DNA from: an uncultured virus (IMG/VR IMGVR_UViG_2061766007_002010)
Taxonomy: Duplodnaviria; Heunggongvirae; Uroviricota; Caudoviricetes
DNA length: 45,372 nt
Direction: 5' to 3' (one strand)
Virus record (IMG/VR): IMGVR_UViG_2061766007_002010
A program made the position numbers and the translations under genes. The notes beneath the pieces were generated by a model. That model did no database searches and was not told the DNA's origin. It saw only the letters and a list, made by a program, of their open reading frames with translations. Positions within the stretch are counted from its first letter, which is position 1, and each line of letters starts with the position of its first letter. Shown here piece by piece: positions 19,917 through 30,534 of the stretch.

Positions 19917-22666
19917 GATTAATAAAATAATAACAAATAAGCCGATAACTTTAACACAAGAAGAAGTTGCAAATCTATCTGAAACCTTATCGGCAGTTAG
20001 AANNNNNNNNNNNNNNNNNNNNNNNNNNNNNNNNNNNNNNNNNNNNNNNNNNNNNNNNNNNNNNNNNNNNNNNNNNNNNNNNNNNNNNNNNNCTACCAAG
20101 GTTAGTGATTTAGAAGATGCGTCTGATTATGCAACTGTTGAATCTTTAACTGCATATCAAGTAGCAGGAGATTATCTTTCTGCCAATGCGCTTAATTCTT
20201 TGAGTGGAACCTGGGAAACTGTTATTGATAAATTAGATACTACAGCATTTAGTACTGTTAGCGGCAATTTCTTAACAGCACATCAGTCATTAACTGATTA
20301 TTATACAAAATTACAAACAAGCGGCGCTTCTGAGTTAAATACGGCTTTTGGAAGTAAACAGGATAATTTAACGCAAGAACAATTATCAGCTATTTCTAGT
20401 GTAAGTTCTATTAAAGGAACTNNNNNNNNNNNNNNNNNNNNNNNNNNNNNNNNNGTGCCACATCTGCAGAAGCTGGTAATAATATAAAGTGGACTTTGGA
20501 ATTAACAGCTCAACCCGTTGTTACTGACACTACATTAAGTGGTTATGATGGTATTGTTGCCGTAAAAGATAGTACAGTAAGTTCACAATGGAATATTGGT
20601 ATTGCACAAGCATATAAAGAACAAATTGAAGAGATAAGTTCTAAATTAACAAAAACTGATGCTGATACATATTATGCACCAATTAGCGTTACTGGAGATA
20701 TAGATACATTAAAATCTTCAAGTGGTGACTGGAATAAAGTAAGTGCTAAATTAGATACTTCTGCATTTAGTTCAGTTAGTGGTAAATTTATTAGTGCTTC
20801 ACAACCATTTACAGCTGATTTAGGCGGCGGAAGTAAATTATCTGTTACAAATGGAGCAACAGCTGTATTTACAAATGGTGCATCTTTTTCTTCATTTGCT
20901 AATACCTTAATCCAAGGTATGGCTAATACTACTATCCTTGGAAATAGTTTTTGTCAAGGTACAAGTAATACAGCTGATGGTGATTCATTAGCACAAGGTT
21001 CTGTAAATTATGCTAAAAACACAAGTATAGCACAAGGTTCTGTAAATAGTGCTATTAATTGTTCACAAGCCTTTGGCGTAGGTAATGTAATTACTGATAC
21101 GGGTATGGCTATTGGTAAATACAATAAAACAAGTTCAGATGCAAGTTTTGTAATTGGTAATGGTACAAATTCTAATCGTTCAGACTTGTTTATTATCAAG
21201 CATGATGGCACTGTAAGTTCTACTGGTGATTTCATTGTAGATGGAAAATCATTAAGTAGTGTTTATAATACGGTATCAACTAATAGTGGTGGTTGGTTAA
21301 AAGAAAGTGATTTAAACTATTATGTTACAAGTAGTGATATAACTACACAAGATACAGATTATGTAATGACTACTACTGGTTGGAAAGTATTAACTCTTCC
21401 AGGTGGTGGAATGACACAAGTTATACATGACACAACATTAACCGGTCAAGGTAATGCTAATGATAGTAAGTTGGGTGTAGCTTGGTCTGCATTAAGTGGA
21501 AATACTATTGCTTCCGCACTGAGTGCTGGATGGGCAGTAAAAGCGAAAACAAATGACGGACAGCATGAATACACAATAGGTACAGAATTAGCTTCATTAA
21601 ACTCAATTACTCAGTATTTAGATAGTTGGGCAGAAAGTATTACAGGTGACCGAGGTGTAGAAGTATTAGACACAAATGAAGTTGGTTATCCAGACACATT
21701 CCAATTAACACAAACTGCCTATAACGCTATTACATCAGTTTCAAGTAAACTAGATACAACAGCATTTAGCACAGTTAGTTCTACATTCCTAACAAAATCT
21801 AGCGCTGATAATGATTATGCTCCAATAAGTATTACAGCCACTATTAATACATTAACAGCCGCTAGTGCAGGTNNNNNNNNNNAACTGCACAATATGCTAC
21901 CGATTCTGCAAAATTTGTAACAAGTTCTGATTCTACAATTACTGGAACAAAACAATATGCTTTGACTACTACTGGTTGGGCAGAAGTTTCTACTCCTACA
22001 ATTCCAGCAATTACTGCTGAAAGTGGAATTTCTGCTGACGGATTCTCTATTGGTTTGACAAATACTGCTATTGATGCTATCACATCTGTATCTAGTAAAG
22101 TAGACAAACCATCATCTTTAAATGATAAGTATTTAGTATTAAGAACAGATAGTAATGGTGATGTAAGTGGTTGGTGTGATTTCCAAGACCAATCTTACTC
22201 TAAATCTGAAGCATTAGGAACATTTGTTGCTACAGCTAACATAGACACTACAACATTATCAGGTGATGGTAAATCTGTAAGTACAAAATTAGGTGTAAAA
22301 ACAGATGTTATTGCTACTACAGATTATGTAAATAGTAGTTTCTTACCAACTTCAGGTGGAACAGTATCAGGACAATTAGTTGTTAGCGGTGGTAGTACCT
22401 TTGATCAAGAAAACTTAAAATTAATTCGTTCTGGACAAAATGGTTATGGTAGAATTGGGTTGGCATCTAATGGTGCTTTAGCTGTTAAAGTTGATGATAG
22501 TAATTCTAATACCACACAAATTAATGTTGCTGCAAATGCTTCTTATAATGAATTAATACAAGTTCAACACGGTGGAACTACTGCATACTTAATTCCTGCC
22601 GTAACTTCTACTACTACCGCTGGTCTAACAAACGATGGTATCTTACATATTATATTAGAGAGTTAG
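19909..22666 (+). CDS. Tail fibre/adhesin, probably one gene broken by three N-gaps (tracked as 19909-20487, 20496-21920, 21962-22666)
   Basis: Shares YLSANAL/KLDTTAFSTVS modules with 15672-19586 and AQG repeats plus FVIGNGT..RSDLF with 9953-13896. Frame changes coincide with gaps. Confidence 0.7.
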
Positions 22667-22669
22667 TGA

Positions 22670-24505
22670 ATGTTAGATAAGTTCTTATTTGGCAATAAGC
22701 AGATTCCTGAAATGTATTTCGGCAACATTCCAGTTGCTCAGATATACTTCGGGAATACGCTCATTTGGGAAAAAGAAGGATATATCCCCTATGATAGTAC
22801 ATGCTCTATCATAATTACTGGTGATGACACTACACAGAAGTTTACTGTGCAGGTGATAAAGAATGGCGAAGATGTAACGAACAGCTTGGATCATTTCAGG
22901 GGTTGGGCTTACATCGTAAACGATGTTTTGCCAGCCTATCGTTTGTTCGTTCATAACATACCTTACGGTGCTTTAATTGCTGATGGAACAGAATTTTCTA
23001 TCGCAGAACTAATAAATGCATGTAAGAATGAAGAACATATCACAGATTCAAGATATGATGATACGAAGGGTGAGTATCATATAGATGCAAGTGAAATTAC
23101 ATCTAAAGCTGACGGCTCATTCCCAAGTTCAGGCGCTATATCATGTCAGAATAATGTAGTAGTTCCGTACACATTGACTGAAGATACTTCTACAAATGAT
23201 ATTTGGATGGTCGTTAGTCAAAATACGTCAAACACACCTATAGAGATTAAGACTTTACAGGTGGCTACTACTTTTGTCGGTGGTGGGTACACGACAATAT
23301 ATGTCATTCATGAAAGTGGCTTGGTGGTATATAAACATGATAATTACCAGTATTATACGCCTTCAGTAATAACTAAAACTATAGGTGGTACAACATATAA
23401 TTATGTTGTTATAGATCTTACTGCTTTATCAGAAGGTACCTTTAGATTAAAGCGTAATGAAAAATACTTTATAAGAATTAAACATGATAATAATAACCAA
23501 AGTCAAAATCATTATTATTATAGAAATGGCGGTATTCTTGGTACAGTAGGTTATGTAAAAGGAAACATAGACAACGATATTAGAGACAAAACCGTGTATG
23601 ATATTACGCAATTAACTTACAAAGGCACTTATTCTACAAAAGCAGACATGTTAGATAATGTGAACACTGCCAATTCTTATAGCAAATATACCGGTACATC
23701 TAATTTATTTAGTAATAATACTTTGTACAAATGTAAGACTGCATTTACACATAAGGGTTCAACTAATTTAGATTATCAACTTCTTATGATGAATGACGGT
23801 GAATTAGGTAGCTATAATGGTGAGTCAGGTTCAATGAGCTTGGGAAATTATACTTACATAAAATCAGGAGCCGCGGTGAATGTCGTCGTCACAACAGATT
23901 ATACAGAAATCACAGGTGAACAAGATGCGACTAAAATTTTTAAGTATACTGGAAACAGCATTGGTAGCATAATTGAACAGAATAAGTTTTACAGCTGTAA
24001 TACGCCTACAACAATTACGGCAACTATAAATTCTGAACCAGATGTAGCAACAGTAAATATGGACGACATATATTTACTCACATCGTCAATAGACAACCCT
24101 CAGCATTCTAGTGGTTGGAATGGTACTGGCTTTTATAAAGTAACGGCTGTAAATAACTATTCGTATACAACTGTTCAAGATGTTAGCTATGTAACAGGTA
24201 ATGGAAAATATAGATTCCTTGAGGGTAAATGGACGCAAGAAACAGGATATGTTCATTTAGGATATTATGAAGTTACGAATTATGTTAGTTTAGCTTCTAT
24301 GACATTAACACAGCTAGCTGAACCAAGTTTTACAGTAGCAAAGCAGAACAGTCCAATAACAGATGAAACGAATAATATGAAAGCAAAGTTAACAGCATTA
24401 GACAGTAATAATTTATCAACATATTATGATACTATGTCTTTCGTGGATTTATCAAATGTAACTATAAGTACTGACCACAAGTATGAAGTTTTGATGGGAG
24501 CTTAA
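22670..24505 (+). CDS. Putative receptor-binding/tail protein
   Basis: N-terminal FGNKQIPEMYFGNIPVAQIYFGNTLIWEK motif of the kind seen on phage tail accessory proteins; Tyr/Thr/Asn-rich beta body. Confidence 0.6.
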   Translation: MLDKFLFGNKQIPEMYFGNIPVAQIYFGNTLIWEKEGYIPYDSTCSIIITGDDTTQKFTVQVIKNGEDVTNSLDHFRGWAYIVNDVLPAYRLFVHNIPYGALIADGTEFSIAELINACKNEEHITDSRYDDTKGEYHIDASEITSKADGSFPSSGAISCQNNVVVPYTLTEDTSTNDIWMVVSQNTSNTPIEIKTLQVATTFVGGGYTTIYVIHESGLVVYKHDNYQYYTPSVITKTIGGTTYNYVVIDLTALSEGTFRLKRNEKYFIRIKHDNNNQSQNHYYYRNGGILGTVGYVKGNIDNDIRDKTVYDITQLTYKGTYSTKADMLDNVNTANSYSKYTGTSNLFSNNTLYKCKTAFTHKGSTNLDYQLLMMNDGELGSYNGESGSMSLGNYTYIKSGAAVNVVVTTDYTEITGEQDATKIFKYTGNSIGSIIEQNKFYSCNTPTTITATINSEPDVATVNMDDIYLLTSSIDNPQHSSGWNGTGFYKVTAVNNYSYTTVQDVSYVTGNGKYRFLEGKWTQETGYVHLGYYEVTNYVSLASMTLTQLAEPSFTVAKQNSPITDETNNMKAKLTALDSNNLSTYYDTMSFVDLSNVTISTDHKYEVLMGA

Positions 24506-24506
24506 A

Positions 24507-25169
24507 ATGATTTATGTTCTAAATAAAGAAAATTTTAAATTCATTGGCAGATTTGATAATATGAAATTTGCTAAAGAAATGTTAAACAAAGAAGGAATAT
24601 TAGAAGATGATTGCGTCTTCGCTGAGGAAACCGGAATGAAATATGTAAGCAGAATTGTAGAAGTAGATGGTAAAGTAGTTTACAAGAACAAAGACTGGTG
24701 GACTAAAGAGGCACCATCTATCATAGAAGATTACGAAAATCATTCAGTATATGATTTTTTGGAAGTCTCTAAACCAGAAGAAGAACGAACCAAAGTTTCA
24801 TTAGATCGATTTAAACGAGAATTGTGCCAAAACGTAAACCGCATAAATGAAATAGATGGACGTGCAGGCGAAGTCAGCTACAACATTGAAGTCGGTAATG
24901 AATTCATTTCGTTGTTCCGTGAAGAATGTATCTTAACTGACTTCCAGACAGTCACGCCGCTTGACATCGCTCAGAAACTTCTAACAGTCATTTCACTTGT
25001 TCAGACAGGTTCATTCCGTGAAGCAAAGATAGTCTTGAAGACAGTAGAGCCTGATGCATTCTTGACAACTGAACGTTTGAAGAAGTATGAAGACATGCTT
25101 GACGCTGCAGATGCGATTACTTATGCAACAGATGAAGATTTCTTCTATACAGCACAAGAAAATGTTTAA
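24507..25169 (+). CDS. Putative fibre chaperone-like protein, last gene of the late operon
   Basis: C-terminal YNIEVGNEFISLF...VISLVQTGSFREAKIVLKTV parallels WNQYIGRIIINDF...VLPYIEYGMFQSAIKLIKTI of 19596-19916. Confidence 0.5.
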   Translation: MIYVLNKENFKFIGRFDNMKFAKEMLNKEGILEDDCVFAEETGMKYVSRIVEVDGKVVYKNKDWWTKEAPSIIEDYENHSVYDFLEVSKPEEERTKVSLDRFKRELCQNVNRINEIDGRAGEVSYNIEVGNEFISLFREECILTDFQTVTPLDIAQKLLTVISLVQTGSFREAKIVLKTVEPDAFLTTERLKKYEDMLDAADAITYATDEDFFYTAQENV

Positions 25170-25173
25170 AATA

Positions 25174-25205
25174 AAAAAGGTAAGTCAATTAAGACTTACC
25201 TTTTT
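25174..25205. terminator. Bidirectional intrinsic terminator
   Basis: AAAAAGGTAAGTC-aattaa-GACTTACCTTTTT between convergent operons. Confidence 0.85.
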
Positions 25206-25228
25206 AAATTTTTGATTTCAGTAACGGA

Positions 25229-25660
25229 TTAGCCGACAGTGAATTCAACCGGACGAGCTTCAGGGCAAACCGGGATGTTGATGGTCAAGAGACCATTTTC
25301 AACCTTAGCGGTCAATTCCTTCATGCTGAGGTTAGCCGGAACGAAGATCTTGATAGAAAGCTTACCAGTACCCTTAATCTTGCGAACGGTGTAGATACGC
25401 TTTGCTTCAGCTTCCTTCTGTTCATCAGTTACTTCCTTCTCAACGGTTTCGATGGTAAGATAGGTCTTACCGTCTTCGATAGTACCCTTGAGCTTGATGT
25501 CTTCGCGAGTCTTACCGACAACAGCAACTTCAATCGTGCTTGAGCCATCTTCTTCGTGAATGATGTTCATAGGAACGTTGACCTTAGCTGCAGTGTTGTT
25601 GAATGCATTATCAAATGCGTTGAGTTCCTTGAGGAGGTTTTCAAAAATAGAGTTTTCCAT
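25229..25660 (-). CDS. Small heat-shock protein (Hsp20/alpha-crystallin)
   Basis: PMNIIHEEDGSSTIEVAVVGKTREDIKL and AKVENGLLTINIP; strongly biased codon use. Confidence 0.9.
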   Translation of the reverse strand: MENSIFENLLKELNAFDNAFNNTAAKVNVPMNIIHEEDGSSTIEVAVVGKTREDIKLKGTIEDGKTYLTIETVEKEVTDEQKEAEAKRIYTVRKIKGTGKLSIKIFVPANLSMKELTAKVENGLLTINIPVCPEARPVEFTVG

Positions 25661-25783
25661 TGTTTTTATCCTTTAGAGACCTTACGTATCTCTCTTGTTT
25701 CTTTGTTAACTACATAAACCACAATCGTGTATTTATGTTTTAATTGGTGAAACTACCAACTAAACTTTTCACATATTTCGATA

Positions 25784-25791
25784 TATTTATA
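25784..25791 (-). promoter_or_regulatory. T4-type late promoter TATAAATA upstream of hsp20
   Basis: Exact consensus about 125 bp upstream of the start. Confidence 0.55.
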
Positions 25792-26234
25792 ACGAAATAT
25801 TTTAATATGTTGCCATTAAAAGTTTCTTGTAGTCGAGATAATTTTTAATAGCGAACGACAAATTCTTTATATTATTCNNNNNNNNNNNNNNNNNNNNNNN
25901 GAAAATACTTTTGCTGATTAACTTTTTTCATCATGGCTACATAAGGTGCACAGCAGTTTATTTGAGATTCTATAGATTTTGCATTATCCCAGAATTCGTT
26001 AATCGTTATATTGTATTTCTGTTGTAGTTCTTTTGTCTGTTTGGGCATTTTAAAACACTTTGTAAGTTCACCATACATTTCCAACATTTCGACATTCAAA
26101 CTAGAACANNNNNNNNNNNNNNNNNNNNACAATAGCTGGCAAAATATTATTTTTATTAATTATTGCCTCTAATGTATCAGGCATGGCTAAATCTTTATCT
26201 GCTTTTGCTTCAATCTCTTTAAAATCCTCTAATT

Positions 26235-26681
26235 TCATACCTTATTTATGTTACGTTCTTTATAACGTTTGATACAATCAGCTACTAATGGGCCTAAACT
26301 TCTATAATATGTGTGAGTAGCTGTATCATCGATTAATTTATAATCATCAACTTCCAAAGGTGTTCTTCCTTCGAAATTAAAGGTGGTAGAACAGCTTAGT
26401 TCCTTGAGATTAACATCTGTTTCCGCAACATAAAGGTGCAAATCCTTATATTTGGTATATAAGAACATACCACAGTCATATAAGTCATTTGCTTCTAATT
26501 TAATATTTGCTTCTTCTTTTAATTCACGTAAAGCCGTTTCTACATGGGTTTCCGAACCTTCAACATGTCCCTTAGGAATATCCCAATTACCGTCCCTATA
26601 AGAGTGACAGGACGGATGACATGCTAAAAGCTTTTTTGTAGATTTATCAATAATAATTACACCACAACTAATAGCCTTCAT
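26235..26681 (-). CDS. Nudix hydrolase
   Basis: Nudix box WDIPKGHVEGSETHVETALRELKEEANI. Confidence 0.9.
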   Translation of the reverse strand: MKAISCGVIIIDKSTKKLLACHPSCHSYRDGNWDIPKGHVEGSETHVETALRELKEEANIKLEANDLYDCGMFLYTKYKDLHLYVAETDVNLKELSCSTTFNFEGRTPLEVDDYKLIDDTATHTYYRSLGPLVADCIKRYKERNINKV

Positions 26682-26698
26682 AAATATCCTTTATCACA

Positions 26699-26727
26699 AA
26701 TATAGTAAAAATGAGTTAATTCGTAAA
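26699..26727 (-). promoter_or_regulatory. Early-type sigma70 promoter TTTACG-N17-TATATT
   Basis: Member of a repeated intergenic motif with a 17-bp spacer. Confidence 0.65.
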
Positions 26728-26749
26728 CGGTTTTGTTTTATTCTAGTTT

Positions 26750-27052
26750 TTAAAGCCATTCAGGATGAATATCTTTGATATATTCATACTGATTCATAAG
26801 CTTTACATAAAATTCAGAAAGCTTATCAATAAGAATGTTCAGCTTATCCTTTGCAACCTGGATAGAATCCCTAGCTTCTGCAAAAGAAACCAGTTTAAAC
26901 GGCATTTTAAAGCATTCTGGGTGCGTTTCGCTAATACCCTTTAAAAGATTATACTTCTCAGTATAAAACTCCTCCAGGGTATGCATACGATTGACTAATA
27001 CGTTCTCTGATGGAGCTTCTCTAGCTACACTTTCTGAAATTACTTCTGACAT
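26750..27052 (-). CDS. Hypothetical protein
   Basis: 100-aa ORF with AAGGA RBS, in operon orientation. Confidence 0.6.
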   Translation of the reverse strand: MSEVISESVAREAPSENVLVNRMHTLEEFYTEKYNLLKGISETHPECFKMPFKLVSFAEARDSIQVAKDKLNILIDKLSEFYVKLMNQYEYIKDIHPEWL

Positions 27053-27061
27053 ATTTTTTCC

Positions 27062-28353
27062 TTAAATAGAATAATTCGGGTTCTTAACCTTGAAGGAAAC
27101 ATTGNNNNNNNNNNNNNNNNNNNGAAGCCTTCTCTCTTATGGCTAAGGTTTTCGCCAAAGACAGTGTTCTTGTCGGATTGCTGAAGCATAATATCAGCAC
27201 CAGAAACCATAACACCCTTTTCGTTTACATGACCTTCAGGAAGCTTATAGTGTTCGTCAAGAACAGGAACGAACTTGAGACCCCATTGTTCAGCAAACAA
27301 TACAGAATCTTCAAAATTAAGCTTTTCCCACTTAAATGTTACCTTTCTATTTATGGTATCTTCGAAATAAACCTTTCGATAGAAATCAAAGAAGATAACA
27401 TCCTTTGCCTTGAGCTTGTAGATATTACCTTGAATACCAGGGCCTACATGTTCACCACGGCAGAACCATTCACCAGGAATTGCCTTGATCTTTTCATCAA
27501 GCTTCAAGCGAGTTACAGTGTCCCAGAAGGACTTACCAGTGCCATTCTTGTTCAATTCCCTAGTTCTAGAGCAGACGCCAACACGCTTAGATTCCTTCTT
27601 GTGAAGAATAACTCTTTCAAACCAAGACGGTTCAACCTTTTCAGTGAAAACAGTAATGTTTTGACCTTCGAGCTTTTCAGTTGCAACCCATTCCTTGTCC
27701 TTGTATTGAGAGAACATCTTAGAGTAAACCTTTTGAACGTTCTCTTCATCAGACTTACCCGGGTTAGTCGGGTCCCAAATTTCCGCAACGTTATGACGCT
27801 TGCGGTAGTTACGGTACCACTTATATCTCATCAAGAACTTGGTGAAGAAGTTAGTCTTGGTATTGATACCAGCTTCTTCATCGTCTTGCGCAATTTCGGT
27901 AATATTGAACTTCTTAGAGTAGTCAGCACCGACCTTGAGTGTATCGGTAATACCCAAGTCTTCAGGCTTGAAAAGAATACCTTGAGAAACCACTCCGAAC
28001 TTGGAGAGCTTCATAGACTTAATCTTGAACTTCTTATCTCTAAGAAATTCAAAATATGGGTATGCAGACTTCTTTTGCAATTCTTCAATAAGAAACTTTC
28101 TGGTAATTTCATCTGCATCAGGTTGAATAGTACCAGACTTTAAACCTTCGTATTCTGACTTTTGTTCAGCAGTAAAACCGTCAGGAAGTAATGAATCAAC
28201 TTCGACATAAAGACCGAAATCTCCAGCCTTATATTCGTTCTTCTTAACGACAACGGTGTAATCCATGACAGTCGCCAATTCAATCCTGTCAGCACCAGGG
28301 ATTTCCCTGATTTCCTTAATCTTTACGATGTATGCTAATGGCTTTCCAAACAT
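27062..28353 (-). CDS. Rnl2/DRB0094-family ATP-dependent RNA ligase
   Basis: N-terminal IPGADRIELA..VVVKK domain; motifs I TEKLEGQN, III RGEHVGPGIQGN, IIIa FFDF, IV REGF. After the gap the correct frame gives motif V NVSFKVKNPNYSI* (stop 27062-27064), not the tracked tail. Confidence 0.9.
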
Positions 28354-28365
28354 TTATTTATCCTC

Positions 28366-29172
28366 TTAAGTTATGATCATAATATAGAAAAGAGGTTGAC
28401 GTTTGTCAACCCCTTTTTGTCTCTTATCATATAAAGAATTAATANNNNNNNNNNNNNNNNNNNNNNNNNNNNNNNNNNNNNNNNNNNTGATTTCAACACC
28501 ATCAGGTGTAACTCTACAAAGAATTCCAGCACTGTGGTTATAATATTCACCAACTACCAATTCTGGAGAATCTTTAAGCATATCTTCAGTCAAGACTTCT
28601 TCAAAACGTTCGAATGCTTCTTGAACTGCCCAATATACATATTCTTGAATTTCTTTTACTTCAAAATTACCCGGAGTATTTTTAATATACAAAGCTTCAA
28701 TAGATTGTTCTTTAGAACCAATGTTATCAAAATCTGCATGACGATAATTGAGCATGTCTGTTAAATCAGTAAAATCTACTTCCATATAAGCATGGAATGC
28801 AGCCTGTTTAAGGTTATTCAATAACTGTTTAAACTTATCATCATCTTCCGATTTTTCGCCTTCTGATTCTTCTTTATATAATTCAGAAATGACAGCCATA
28901 TTTCGTGCAACCAAAATACTTGACAATTCATAATCTGTCATTTTCTTTGGATTTCTTTCGCAAGATTTGATGTAAGATGCTTCATCTTCAATAATGCTAT
29001 TTACAACAGCATTAATTTCATAAACTTTGTCTTCATCCATTTCCTGGAATGAATTTTTAATAAATGCCGACATTTGCACGGCTAACGTGTCACGATTATA
29101 AGTAAATTTCTGTTTAGTCGGAACTTTAACAGTTTCTTTTTTAGTTGTCTTTTTTGTAGTAGTTTTTGTCAT
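28366..29172 (-). CDS. Hypothetical acidic protein (true 3' end uncertain because of a gap)
   Basis: Long ORF. The tracked C-terminus runs through the terminator/promoter and is probably out of frame after the gap. Confidence 0.6.
   Translation of the reverse strand: MTKTTTKKTTKKETVKVPTKQKFTYNRDTLAVQMSAFIKNSFQEMDEDKVYEINAVVNSIIEDEASYIKSCERNPKKMTDYELSSILVARNMAVISELYKEESEGEKSEDDDKFKQLLNNLKQAAFHAYMEVDFTDLTDMLNYRHADFDNIGSKEQSIEALYIKNTPGNFEVKEIQEYVYWAVQEAFERFEEVLTEDMLKDSPELVVGEYYNHSAGILCRVTPDGVEIXXXXXXXXXXXXXXXINSLYDKRQKGVDKRQPLFYIMIIT
28381..28417 (-). promoter_or_regulatory. Early-type promoter TTGACA-N17-TATATT embedded in a terminator hairpin
   Basis: Minus RNA AAAAGGGGUUGAC-AAAC-GUCAACCUCUUUU; -35 at 28404-28409, -10 at 28381-28386. 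Confidence 0.8.
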
Positions 29173-29181
29173 AGTTTTTCC

Positions 29182-29448
29182 TTAATCAGATGTATGGTCA
29201 ATCATGAGATCCGCATTATTAGATAGAATTGTATATTCTGCCGCTTTGACAGCCATTTCAATTCTATAGCGGTCTTTTATATTGACGTTGTTTACATTAA
29301 TATCGGTAATAAGGTCATTAATTGTAAACTGGAAAAACCCTAAAATTTTATATCTAATTTTTACAAGATAGAAATTAACTACATAGGCATCAATAACCCG
29401 TGTATCTTTTCTTAAAAGTTCTACCGTTTTCTTGTATAAAAAAGACAT
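29182..29448 (-). CDS. Hypothetical protein
   Basis: 88-aa ORF tiling with its neighbours. Confidence 0.55.
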   Translation of the reverse strand: MSFLYKKTVELLRKDTRVIDAYVVNFYLVKIRYKILGFFQFTINDLITDINVNNVNIKDRYRIEMAVKAAEYTILSNNADLMIDHTSD

Positions 29449-29451
29449 AAA

Positions 29452-29928
29452 TTAGATATAATGATTATAGAGATTTTCTTTAATAGAAATATCTACTTCT
29501 TTTTGGATATTATCTGTATTTCCCTTTGTAGGGTTTACAAAACCGATAGAACCACCAAGCGGAGACCAAAAAATGAGGTCATGGTCTACAAGTTGAACAC
29601 CATTAAGAATTTTGTTCCAACGAGGTTTAGTAGTATCTACAGTAGTTACTTCTTCTCGTGGATCCATAAATACAACCTTGTCAACAAGGCATGTTTCAAA
29701 AAGATGCACCTTAGTTCCAACATCTGTAAAACCTTCAACTAATGCGGTCTTAATGATGTCTTTTGTAAAATAAACATATAAAGACGGAATTCTAAAATCA
29801 ATAGGTAACTTATTTTCTTTTCGCCAGTTTTGAATTGCTGCACGAATTTCAGAACCAATCATCGCAGTGATGTTGGTATCAATGTTACGAATTTCATTAT
29901 TATAAATGTATACAGGGAAAGACGACAT
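29452..29928 (-). CDS. Hypothetical protein
   Basis: 158-aa ORF with AGGAG RBS, first gene after a promoter. Confidence 0.65.
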   Translation of the reverse strand: MSSFPVYIYNNEIRNIDTNITAMIGSEIRAAIQNWRKENKLPIDFRIPSLYVYFTKDIIKTALVEGFTDVGTKVHLFETCLVDKVVFMDPREEVTTVDTTKPRWNKILNGVQLVDHDLIFWSPLGGSIGFVNPTKGNTDNIQKEVDISIKENLYNHYI

Positions 29929-29949
29929 AATTACTCCTATTTTTTATTT

Positions 29950-29986
29950 AATATAGAAAAAAATAAGGGTAATGTCAACCCTTATT
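29950..29986 (-). promoter_or_regulatory. Early-type promoter TTGACA-N17-TATATT embedded in a terminator hairpin
   Basis: Minus RNA AAUAAGGGU-UGACAUU-ACCCUUAUUUUUUU; -35 at 29973-29978, -10 at 29950-29955. Confidence 0.8.
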
Positions 29987-30188
29987 CATTTGTAAGAAGT
30001 GTAATACCACCTTCATTATTATTGAAAACAACTACTGTTTTACCATTAACTTCCTTGAGAATTATATTATTAATGTTTTCTGCCTGCAAAAGGTCAACAA
30101 TAACTTGATTATATTTAGATGCATTTCCACCTTCTTCTGCAATCTTCAGAAGCATCATGATTAAACTATTTAACTTTTTACTATCCAT
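29982..30188 (-). CDS. Hypothetical protein
   Basis: 68-aa ORF with AAGGA RBS. Confidence 0.6.
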   Translation of the reverse strand: MDSKKLNSLIMMLLKIAEEGGNASKYNQVIVDLLQAENINNIILKEVNGKTVVVFNNNEGGITLLTNE

Positions 30189-30199
30189 TTTTATTTCCT

Positions 30200-30526
30200 T
30201 TAATTATTAATTGCGTTTTCTGGTAAATTAAGCTCATATAAATGCACGAATTCATTAATACATTCTAGCACGTCTTTTACATTTTCTCCATTCGCTGTGA
30301 TACCTTCTGAAGATTGATCCATATTAAAATCGAACCTCATAACCGGTAATTCTCTAAAACTAATAGAATTGGTGCAATGAATATGATATGCATCTTCTCT
30401 ATAAATTTGGTCTTCAGGCCTTAAAAATCTATTTCGAAGCCAATTATGAAATTTATTTGCTCTTTCTGGGTCGGCAATAATTACTTGAAGCTGAATATTA
30501 TGAAATGTATAACTCATTAATGACAT
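30200..30526 (-). CDS. Hypothetical protein
   Basis: 108-aa ORF with GAGG RBS. Confidence 0.6.
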   Translation of the reverse strand: MSLMSYTFHNIQLQVIIADPERANKFHNWLRNRFLRPEDQIYREDAYHIHCTNSISFRELPVMRFDFNMDQSSEGITANGENVKDVLECINEFVHLYELNLPENAINN

Positions 30527-30534
30527 ACTTTACC

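Noticed and set aside
9953..24505. Diversity-generating retroelement or invertase shufflon acting on fibre genes
   Set aside because: No reverse transcriptase, recombinase, adenine-specific TR/VR pair or flanking inverted repeats were recognisable in this window.
27139..28143. Long antisense ORFs (also 1663-2394, 37373-37954, 41985-42731)
   Set aside because: They are shadows of well-supported opposite-strand genes with biased codon use, and have no RBS or motifs.
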